The position numbers and the translations under genes are program-made. A stretch of 17,589 bases of DNA, from positions 1 through 17,589 of the forward strand of contig JAEUWE010000216.1 in the NCBI GenBank assembly GCA_016791465.1, in the 5' to 3' direction. How positions within the stretch are numbered: position 1 is the first letter of the stretch; every line of letters begins with the position of its first letter. Positions 6,686 through 13,618 of this stretch are shown here, one piece after another. A model generated the notes under the pieces. The model was given only the letters and a program-made list of their open reading frames with translations. It did not search any database and was not told where the DNA came from. The stretch comes from Pseudobdellovibrionaceae bacterium. Lineage in GTDB: Bacteria > Bdellovibrionota > Bdellovibrionia > Bdellovibrionales > JAMPXM01.

Positions 6686-8008
6686 ATGAATGTTCGCAGT
6701 CTCGTTTTGGCATCGCAGTCGCCACGTCGAAGACAAATCCTTTCGTTGGCAGGGTTCGAGTTCGACATCCTCCCTTCTCAAATATCGGAAATTCCCGATG
6801 AAAACCTGAATCTGGCGCAGCAAATTCGACAGCTGGCTCATGACAAGGCCGAGGCCTGTCTCAAAATGAGAAAGCCATTGAAAGGACAGGGGGTTTTGAT
6901 CCTTGCGGCCGACACGATGGTGGCCTTGGCTGGCCAAACATTGGGCAAGCCGAAGGACGAGAATCAAGCGCGTCAATTTCTTAAGCAGCTCTCTGGCCAG
7001 ACTCATGTCGTGCTCACTGGACTTTCGCTCTATGACGTCGACACGGATACCTGGGCTGAGTCTGTTGTCGAAACCAAGGTGTATTTTCGCGAGCTGACGG
7101 CTCAAGAAATCGAGCACTATGTTCGTTCGGGTGATCCGATGGACAAGGCTGGTGGCTATGGTATTCAGGGCGAAGCCGGCGCTTTCGTTCAGCGAATTGA
7201 AGGGCCGTTCGATAATGTCGTTGGACTTCCTATCGACGAGTTGAAACGTCTGCTTGTCGAGAATCGATGGCAGATTCGCAGGCGAGTTTCATCGGTACAA
7301 GAAGGTCTCCTCAGTATCCGCCAACAGATTTCGAACGCCTGCATCCAATTTCATCGGGCGCCGTCGAGCGTGAAGCTGATCGCGGTTTCGAAGACGAAAT
7401 CTGCGGAAGCCGTGATGGAGGCGGTCTTGGCGGATCAGCTGGAGTTTGGTGAGAACTACGCTCAAGAGGCTGTGGATAAGCAAGTGGAGATTGCACAGTT
7501 GCAGCAGATCGCCGGTATCGACCGAAAAGTGAATTGGCACTTTATCGGTGGTCTCCAAAGCAAGAAGGTCAAGGCGGTCGTTGGGTCGTTCGTGTTGATT
7601 CATTCTGTCGACCGCGAATCATTGGTTTTAGAAATTGAAAAGCGCGCGGCCGAAAAGGAGATAGTGCAGGACATTTTGCTTCAGGTGAATATAGCGAACG
7701 AAGAGACAAAGTCGGGAGCGAGTGTTCAGGATTTTACCTCGCTTGTCGACCTGGCTGCTCGTCAGTCTCACATTCGAATCTGCGGTATTATGGCACTGCC
7801 ACCGCTGGTTGAAGACGAGGTGTTGGCGCGCCGGCAGTTTGCTGAAGTTCGCGCCGTTTTTGAGTTGGCCAAGCGTCGTCTTTCAATCGAGCAACAGCGG
7901 TCTTTCACCGAAATGTCGATGGGAACAACGCATGACTTTGCGGCCGCCATTGCAGAGGGCGCGACGATGGTTCGTGTGGGGACGGCGATCTTCGGAGCTC
8001 GGCAGTAG
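6686..8008 (+). CDS. Fusion protein: N-terminal Maf-like nucleotide pyrophosphatase + C-terminal YggS/PROSC PLP-homeostasis protein
   Basis: Maf motifs LVLASQSPRRRQIL, ILAADTMVAL, GKPKDENQARQFLKQLSGQTHVVLTG, SGDPMDKAGGYGIQGEAGAFVQRIEGPFDNVVGLPIDEL (aa about 1-196); YggS motifs VKLIAVSKTKSAEAV, FGENYAQEAVDK, WHFIGGLQSKKVK, LLQVNIANEETKSG, GIMALPP, MSMGTTHDFAAAIAEGATMVRVGTAIFG (aa about 200-440). One uninterrupted reading frame. Confidence 0.93.
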   Translation: MNVRSLVLASQSPRRRQILSLAGFEFDILPSQISEIPDENLNLAQQIRQLAHDKAEACLKMRKPLKGQGVLILAADTMVALAGQTLGKPKDENQARQFLKQLSGQTHVVLTGLSLYDVDTDTWAESVVETKVYFRELTAQEIEHYVRSGDPMDKAGGYGIQGEAGAFVQRIEGPFDNVVGLPIDELKRLLVENRWQIRRRVSSVQEGLLSIRQQISNACIQFHRAPSSVKLIAVSKTKSAEAVMEAVLADQLEFGENYAQEAVDKQVEIAQLQQIAGIDRKVNWHFIGGLQSKKVKAVVGSFVLIHSVDRESLVLEIEKRAAEKEIVQDILLQVNIANEETKSGASVQDFTSLVDLAARQSHIRICGIMALPPLVEDEVLARRQFAEVRAVFELAKRRLSIEQQRSFTEMSMGTTHDFAAAIAEGATMVRVGTAIFGARQ

Positions 8009-8023
8009 GCCGAGCGTTTTTTT
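7997..8023 (+). terminator. Rho-independent terminator overlapping the maf-yggS stop codon
   Basis: GCTCGG(7997-8002)-CAGTAGG loop-CCGAGC(8010-8015) followed by G and seven T (8017-8023); the TAG stop (8006-8008) lies in the loop. Confidence 0.8.
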
Positions 8024-8026
8024 GAA

Positions 8027-8560
8027 CTAGTTCTGAATCAATAGTTGGCAGTTGTCGTTCTCAGAACTCAGATGCCCTTTCAAGCATGAAAAGCTGAGAG
8101 CCAGATCTTCTGTATTGAGGTACTTCATAAAGTATCCGGCGTGCTGCAGCATCGGCACATCAATAGCCTCAAAGAGAAATTGAATTGTCTGCGGTTCAGT
8201 GAGTGTCGCGCGAATCATACTCGGAGTGTATTCAACGGCAACGTGGTCGCTGCTTGAAACTTTGGCGATCTCAGCGCCACATGTGAACTTCGGACCCGAG
8301 TATTGAGCACAGTAGAAATACACCGTGCCAGAACTGTCTCTGAAGCGCTTCATCATCGCTCTTTTGCCATTCGGATCAGTGGCCATTGCTTCTGGGAATT
8401 TGAGTTTGAAGTAGATATCGTGAGCTTCTTGCGCCTGATCGATAACGATCGAAACGGTGGTCGGCGTTTCGGTGATAGCGGCTTTTGCTGGTGATCCTGT
8501 GCCCACAAGGATCAGGAGAGTGGCGGCTGTGACGAAATGGAATTTCTGAAAAGACATCAT
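8027..8560 (-). CDS. Small exported protein of unknown function
   Basis: Signal-peptide-like MMSFQKFHFVTAATLLILVGTGSPAKA|A followed by a soluble region with four Cys. The ORF track start at 8656 is extended; the first plausible start is ATG at 8560 or 8557. Confidence 0.65.
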   Translation of the reverse strand: MMSFQKFHFVTAATLLILVGTGSPAKAAITETPTTVSIVIDQAQEAHDIYFKLKFPEAMATDPNGKRAMMKRFRDSSGTVYFYCAQYSGPKFTCGAEIAKVSSSDHVAVEYTPSMIRATLTEPQTIQFLFEAIDVPMLQHAGYFMKYLNTEDLALSFSCLKGHLSSENDNCQLLIQN

Positions 8561-8665
8561 GATGGTGCTCCAATCGGTCGGTCTCTGTCGGTTTATCGAG
8601 GAACTCCGAAAAAAGAAATGTGTATCATTGTTGCGCGTCGCCACAAGGTCGCGCATGATGAATCA

Positions 8666-9493
8666 ATGATCTACCAAAAGATCGGCTTTATTGGGACCGG
8701 CCACATGGGCCAAGCGATGATCCAGGCATTGGCTGAAAGCGGCAAGGTTCCGGTCTCGAAGCTCTATGCGTCGAATCGATCACCGGGAAAACTCAAGCGT
8801 GTCCAAGAGCAGTTTGGAATTAACGTCGTTGCGAACAACGAAGAGCTGATCGACATCTGCGACATCGTCATTATTGCGGTCAAGCCACAAGACTTGACCG
8901 CCGTTATTGAGCCTGTGGCTTCGAGTTTTCTCCCTGGGCAGATCGTGATCTCGCTTGCCGCTGGCTACTCGCTTCGTTCGCTTCAGAAGCTACTTCCGAC
9001 GGTAAAGGGTTTGGTGCGTGTGATGCCCAATACGCCGGCAACGATTCGCCGGGCAGTGCTCGGCTACTGCATGGGCCCGGGGGCTGATATCTATGCTCCG
9101 GTTATTGAAGAACTGTTTTCGCCTCTTGGTCTTGTCGTGCCAGCGCCTGAAGGCGAGTTGTTTGAGGCGCTGACTGTGAGTTGTGGATCGGGTCCCGGCT
9201 TTATTTTTGAAGTGATGCAGTACTGGCAAGAATGGGTGGAAGAGCACGGATTTGAGCCCGACGTCGCTCGAAAAATGGTTGTTCAAACATTCTTGGGCGC
9301 GGCAGAGCTTGCGGCAAAATCAGTCGATATGCCGCTCCACGATCTCCAGGACCGGGTTGTTTCGAAAAAAGGAGTTACGGCCGCTGGACTTCAGTCGATG
9401 CGTGAACTCGAGATCGAGCGCGCGCTTCGCTATAGTTTCGAGAAGGCCGTGCTTCGCGACCAAGAATTGGCTCGCGGGACAGCGAAAGACTGA
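8666..9493 (+). CDS. proC: Pyrroline-5-carboxylate reductase
   Basis: IGFIGTGHMGQAMIQAL Rossmann motif, VIIAVKPQ, ISLAAGYSL, LVRVMPNTPATI, CGSGPGFIFEVMQ. Start chosen at ATG 8666 (MIYQKIGFIGTG); the 5' extension of the track ORF lacks family character. Confidence 0.9.
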   Translation: MIYQKIGFIGTGHMGQAMIQALAESGKVPVSKLYASNRSPGKLKRVQEQFGINVVANNEELIDICDIVIIAVKPQDLTAVIEPVASSFLPGQIVISLAAGYSLRSLQKLLPTVKGLVRVMPNTPATIRRAVLGYCMGPGADIYAPVIEELFSPLGLVVPAPEGELFEALTVSCGSGPGFIFEVMQYWQEWVEEHGFEPDVARKMVVQTFLGAAELAAKSVDMPLHDLQDRVVSKKGVTAAGLQSMRELEIERALRYSFEKAVLRDQELARGTAKD

Positions 9494-9510
9494 AACTAGA
9501 CCTAGGGCCG

Positions 9511-9540
9511 TTGTCGAAGGTCCAGCAACTCTCGTATCCT
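9511..9540 (+). promoter_or_regulatory. Possible sigma70-like promoter for divIVA
   Basis: TTGTCG (9511-9516) - 18 nt - TATCCT (9535-9540), 34 nt upstream of the GTG start. By-eye match only. Confidence 0.25.
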
Positions 9541-9574
9541 AAATAGGTAAATCATCGGTCCCAGGGAGGGAATC

Positions 9575-10162
9575 GTGAGAATTGCTCCGATCGACATCGC
9601 TCACAAGAGCTTCAATCGCAAAGTTATGGGTCTCGATTCTGACGAAGTTGCAAACTTCCTTCGCGATATCGCGGATCAAATGGAAGAACTCATCCGTGAG
9701 CGCAATTCACTCAAAGAAATCGCTCGTCAAAAAGACATTCAGCTCATGGAGTATAAAGAGCGGGACGACACTTTGAAGGCGACACTCGCGACGGCAACAA
9801 AGATGTGTGAGCAGATTCGCCAAGATGCCGAGCGCGAAGCCAAGCTCATCATCAACGACGCCTCACAGAAGGCTGAAGTCGTGATGCGCGATGGTCGTGA
9901 TCAATTGAAGCGGCTGTATCAAGAAATCGCCGACATCAAAAAGCTTCGCATGCAGTTCGAAGGAAATTTGAAAGCGGTTTGTCAGGCGCATATCTCGATG
10001 GTTGAGTCGAGCCACATGCATCTTCCGGATCCGCAAATCAATTTGGCTCACGCGGCGAACGTCACGCATGCACAGGCGCCGAGTGCAAACCAAGCGACCA
10101 CGCCTGCTGCGGCAGCCCCGCAGCAGCAGGCCCCGCGCTTCCGCACGACGCCTAACGTGTAG
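9575..10162 (+). CDS. divIVA: DivIVA-domain protein
   Basis: RIAPIDIAHKSFNRKVMGLDSDEVANFLRDIADQMEELIRERNSL matches the DivIVA N-terminal domain (F-x-R-x-x-x-G-Y/L-x-x-x-E-V-x-x-F), followed by coiled-coil and an Ala/Gln/Pro-rich tail. GTG start preceded by AGGGAGGG. Confidence 0.9.
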   Translation: MRIAPIDIAHKSFNRKVMGLDSDEVANFLRDIADQMEELIRERNSLKEIARQKDIQLMEYKERDDTLKATLATATKMCEQIRQDAEREAKLIINDASQKAEVVMRDGRDQLKRLYQEIADIKKLRMQFEGNLKAVCQAHISMVESSHMHLPDPQINLAHAANVTHAQAPSANQATTPAAAAPQQQAPRFRTTPNV

Positions 10163-10188
10163 TTCGCCCGACATCAGGACGAGAAAAC

Positions 10189-10221
10189 AAAAAAGGTCCG
10201 CTTTGCCAGCGGACCTTTTTT
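10189..10221. terminator. Bidirectional intrinsic terminator between divIVA (+) and the endonuclease gene (-)
   Basis: AAAAAA-GGTCCGC(10195-10201)-TTTGCCA-GCGGACC(10209-10215)-TTTTTT; A-tract and T-tract flank a perfect 7-bp stem. Confidence 0.9.
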
Positions 10222-10244
10222 ATTTCAGCCATTCAATGAGTGCA

Positions 10245-11129
10245 TTAGAAGTCGGAGATTTCCTCGACGAGTTCTGGATGGTCGATGAAAGGATTGCGGT
10301 TGCCTTGCACCTTGTAAATCGTTTCGTTCCGCTCTTGCTCAAAGGTATCGGCCGGGTCTTGGCGATGCCACTTTCTCAAGAAGGCCTCTTCTGTTGGGTC
10401 GATTTCGATGTGATATCGAACCGAGAAGTAAAAGAGGGCGCGAGCAACGTTACCCTTATGCGCGTTTGGTGGTTCAAAGTAGTCTTCTGAGCGGCCCTGA
10501 ACGGTACCGAACTTTGACGAGTTTGAGCAGGGGAGCGGTCGATCTGGAACGTCGACTTCGGCAAACTTATGATTTCCGCGAATCGAGTTCATTTGTGAGT
10601 GCGTTGGGTAGAGGTGGTGAAGATCGCTCTTCTGTGTGTCTTTTGAGAAGGAGCGGTTGAAGCGGCTTTGCGGCCAGGTGTGCTCGGTATTGATGATCGA
10701 GTCTTGTGGGGTTTTTCCAGGGCCGACTTGATCGGATCCGCCGAAGTCGCGATTCGTGAATTCTTTCTCGCAATAGACGTCGCGAACAGCGTAGTTGCCT
10801 GGTGAGCCAGAGAGATGGATCTGCCCCATGAGAACTCGGCGCGCAGCGCTGTAGCCAATGGGTTGGTGCGAGTAGCAGTCGCGACCTGCGGTGTCGCAGT
10901 TGGCGTTCACGGAGTCTGGTGCTCCACTGTTGCGTTGATGGCGCGATTCGAGAATGTCCTGGAGTTCTTGGATGAGCTCTTTGTCGCGTTTGCCGGCTGC
11001 GACATGGCTGTAGAATTCGCTACCGTAGTAGGGAATTTGCTTGGTGAGCGTAACAGCCGAAGCTGTCGACACCATGCAAAGGATTGAAAAGAGCCAAGAA
11101 ACCCTAAACAGAACGTTCGAATACTTCAT
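10245..11129 (-). CDS. Secreted endonuclease I family (EndA/NucM-like) nuclease
   Basis: NTEHTWPQSRFNRSFSKDTQKSDLHHLYPTHSQMNSIRGNHKF is the endonuclease I signature; signal peptide MKYSNVLFRVSWLFSILCMVSTASA. ATG at 11129 preceded by AAAGGGGGG. Confidence 0.93.
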   Translation of the reverse strand: MKYSNVLFRVSWLFSILCMVSTASAVTLTKQIPYYGSEFYSHVAAGKRDKELIQELQDILESRHQRNSGAPDSVNANCDTAGRDCYSHQPIGYSAARRVLMGQIHLSGSPGNYAVRDVYCEKEFTNRDFGGSDQVGPGKTPQDSIINTEHTWPQSRFNRSFSKDTQKSDLHHLYPTHSQMNSIRGNHKFAEVDVPDRPLPCSNSSKFGTVQGRSEDYFEPPNAHKGNVARALFYFSVRYHIEIDPTEEAFLRKWHRQDPADTFEQERNETIYKVQGNRNPFIDHPELVEEISDF

Positions 11130-11220
11130 CCGACGCCCCCCTTTGGAAATTGGTTTAAGCAAACGGTTCGCACGGCGGCAAGAATAAGAGTTTTAGGATT
11201 GTGTTGTGACGCATCGCGCA

Positions 11221-12024
11221 TCACGGTTTTGTGCCCAGAGTTTCGGCAAAGAAGCTGCGCATCGCGATCCACGAGCGCTTTGCCGCCTGTTCATTGTAGG
11301 CCGCACCCTTTGAGTTGTCGTTTCCGGCCTCCTTTTCGGTGAAGGAGTGAACCGCGCCTCCGTATTGGATGAGCTGCCAGTCGACTTTATTCTTTCTCAT
11401 TTCATCTTCGAATGCGGCGAGGTCAGCGGCTGCGACAAACGGATCGTCAGCACCGTGGAGCGCGAGGATGCGTCCTTTGATGCGGGCGCCGTCGGCCGGC
11501 TTTGGAGAATCGAGTCCACCGTGAAAGCTGACAAAGGCTTTCGCATCAGCACCGGCGCGCGCAAGTTCGATGGCGGCCGTTCCTCCGAAACAATAACCAA
11601 TGACGGCGATTCTATTCTTATCGACCTGCGGTTGTTCTTTGATCAGCTTAAGGCCTCGCTGCATACGATTGCGCAGACTCGTGCGGTCTTTTTTGAAGCC
11701 GCCCGCAAGTGCGCTGGCTTCTTCTGCGTTCTTTGGACGAACATCCTTTCCATAAATGTCGACGGCCACGGCGACAAAGCCCTCTTGAGCGAGGCGCTCG
11801 ACGACTTCTTTGGTCTGATTCGTTACGCCCATCCAGTTGTGGGCGACGAGAACGCCCGGGAGTGGGCCTTTGAGTTGATCGTCGTAGGCGATTAGGCCTT
11901 CAAATTTTTTTCCGACCATATTGTATTCGATGGAGCGACTGACGATGGCCGACTGAGCGATGTCGTGAAAACCAGTGACGAATGCGACTGAGGCGATCAG
12001 GAGAGACAGATCTTTGATAGTCAT
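11221..12024 (-). CDS. Exported dienelactone hydrolase family protein (alpha/beta hydrolase)
   Basis: GVLVAHNWMGVTNQTKEVVERLAQEGFVAVAVDIYG, nucleophile motif GYCFGG, HGADDPF, GAVHSFT; N-terminal signal-like MTIKDLSLLIASVAFVTGFHDIAQSA. Confidence 0.9.
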   Translation of the reverse strand: MTIKDLSLLIASVAFVTGFHDIAQSAIVSRSIEYNMVGKKFEGLIAYDDQLKGPLPGVLVAHNWMGVTNQTKEVVERLAQEGFVAVAVDIYGKDVRPKNAEEASALAGGFKKDRTSLRNRMQRGLKLIKEQPQVDKNRIAVIGYCFGGTAAIELARAGADAKAFVSFHGGLDSPKPADGARIKGRILALHGADDPFVAAADLAAFEDEMRKNKVDWQLIQYGGAVHSFTEKEAGNDNSKGAAYNEQAAKRSWIAMRSFFAETLGTKP

Positions 12025-12028
12025 AAGA

Positions 12029-12355
12029 CTAGCGCATCATTGATGCGGCGAGCTTGGCAAGTGCGGTGTCGAGGCTTAGCCCTTCAGCCCGGAAGACTTT
12101 TGCCCGCGACTTGTCACCTTTGATAAGGGTGATGCTGCGTTTGGAAACCTCGAGGAGCTCGGCGAGAAAGTGAGTGAGCTCCTCGTTGGCCTTGCCCTCC
12201 ACCGGAGGCGCACCAATTTTGATTTTCAAGGCGTCGCCGTGGAGGCCGACCAGCGAGCAGCGGCGTGCCCCGGGCTGCGCGTGAACAGCGATGAGGACTG
12301 CGCCGGATGGGTCGGTCTTCAGGGCGACGCGAAGATTGGTGGGCTCATTTTCCAT
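12029..12355 (-). CDS. DUF167 / YggU family protein
   Basis: ISVHAQPGARR-type motif (VLIAVHAQPGARRCSLVGLHGDALKIKIGAPPVEGKANEELTHFLAELLEVSKRSITLIKGDKSRAKVF). Start assigned at ATG 12355, not 12412. Confidence 0.9.
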   Translation of the reverse strand: MENEPTNLRVALKTDPSGAVLIAVHAQPGARRCSLVGLHGDALKIKIGAPPVEGKANEELTHFLAELLEVSKRSITLIKGDKSRAKVFRAEGLSLDTALAKLAASMMR

Positions 12356-13412
12356 CGAGCAGTCGCTCGGTTTCGTTGAGGTCGCTACCGCTCGTACCGG
12401 GCTGAAAGTCATTTCCAGGCTTGATCACGTCCGGATCGGTTTGTTCAGAATCAAGTTTGAAGGAGTCGGTCGTGCCAGGTGCAGAGATTCGTTCGTCTGG
12501 ATTTTCAGAAATCCCTGTCGCTCTTGTTCGCCGCGGAATGGACGAGAAGACGACATTGAGCGTGATGGCTTGTCCCTCAGCTGTGCGCAAGCCTGTGAGA
12601 GTTTTATCGTAGCCGGCGCGAATCTCGACCGTGTTGCCGGGTTTAAAGCCAATCCAGCCGCGGGCGCGAAGCAGCGCTGGATCGAATGTGCGATAGCGGA
12701 AGCTTCCACCATTCGCTGAGCTTGTCGTGAGAGAGCGCTCGGCGAGAGTGAGATCGTCATTGAGAAGAGTCTCGATGCCATCAACGCCGCCCCCGAGCAT
12801 AATTTTTCCGAGCGGCACTTCGGCGAATGCTCCATAGTGCAGAGTTTTGGCGAGTCCCTCTGTAGGAAGACGGGCGCCGACGTAGCCGAAGATTTTGAGC
12901 GCGCCGATATCTTTTCGGAGATGCAAAAGTGCCCGACCGTACATCGCTCCGTCATTCACAAGTGGCGAAATCTGATAGCGAGTGACCGACGAGATCGGCA
13001 TTCCGGCTTCGATCTCGGCGACCATGCGCAGCCATTCGCGCCAAACGACGAAGTGGCCACCGACAAAGGCGTCAGACAAACCGCTGTTGGTCTTTTCATT
13101 GAAAGTATCGAGGACCCGCACTTGCGTCAGTCCTGCGCCACCATAGACCGAAAATTTGGGCCAGAACGCGTAACGTGCGCGGACCCAGGTCTGAAAGTCA
13201 GTGAGGTTGTTGTCGCCAGCGAGGCGCGAGTATTCGCCGCGGGTGGGGCCGTAGTTTGCGTGGGTCCAGAAATACTCAGTGGAGCCCGAGATCCCAAACG
13301 AGCCTTTTCTCCAGGCCCAGGGCGGCGTTTCAATTGGACTTCCAAACGCTGAATTCGGAGTCGTGTTCATTGCGACAAGCGCGAACAAGAAAGTCAGAGC
13401 GAACCGTTTCAT
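12345..13412 (-). CDS. Predicted exported / outer-membrane beta-barrel-like protein
   Basis: Signal peptide MKRFALTFLFALVAMNTTPNSAFG; alternating amphipathic strands ending in GQAITLNVVF, then a Ser/Asp/Pro-rich tail. The track start at 13601 is a TTG extension; the internal ATG near 13412 precedes the signal peptide. Confidence 0.65.
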   Translation of the reverse strand: MKRFALTFLFALVAMNTTPNSAFGSPIETPPWAWRKGSFGISGSTEYFWTHANYGPTRGEYSRLAGDNNLTDFQTWVRARYAFWPKFSVYGGAGLTQVRVLDTFNEKTNSGLSDAFVGGHFVVWREWLRMVAEIEAGMPISSVTRYQISPLVNDGAMYGRALLHLRKDIGALKIFGYVGARLPTEGLAKTLHYGAFAEVPLGKIMLGGGVDGIETLLNDDLTLAERSLTTSSANGGSFRYRTFDPALLRARGWIGFKPGNTVEIRAGYDKTLTGLRTAEGQAITLNVVFSSIPRRTRATGISENPDERISAPGTTDSFKLDSEQTDPDVIKPGNDFQPGTSGSDLNETERLLDGK

Positions 13413-13618
13413 TGCCCTCAAGTTAGCATCGAATGCCTGGTCGCGGTATGTTGAAATAATCGACGTCTTGTCTAAAACGCGGCGATCTCGACGTCTCATA
13501 CATGGACCTATGTTGAGGCCTATCGCCCTAGGACCAGAGTTTCTTTTCGATACGATAGGAAGCCGGCCGTTTCGCCGATAAACTGGTTGTATTGATCGCA
13601 ATTGAAGGAGAGTACGCC

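Noticed and set aside
6647-7117. 156-aa minus-strand ORF
   Set aside because: Antisense to the well-supported Maf domain; no coherent domain signal.
7722-8030. 102-aa plus-strand ORF in the 3' part of maf-yggS
   Set aside because: Out-of-frame overlap with the strongly supported YggS domain.
8024-8033. Palindrome GAACTAGTTC between convergent genes
   Set aside because: Ten bases spanning a stop codon, single occurrence, and better explained as incidental next to the terminator T-tract.
8561-8656. 5' extension of the small exported protein and the matching 5' extension of proC (8537-8665)
   Set aside because: The two extensions overlap head to head and precede clear natural N-termini (signal peptide; MIYQKIGFIGTG), so both are read as intergenic.
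12291-12719. Plus-strand 142-aa ORF across the DUF167 / barrel-gene junction
   Set aside because: Opposite to two supported genes; no domain or start-site support.
13413-13601. 5' extension (TTG start) of the barrel-like ORF
   Set aside because: The signal peptide begins at the internal ATG; the extension is basic, low in coding character and would run into the divergent gene's leader.
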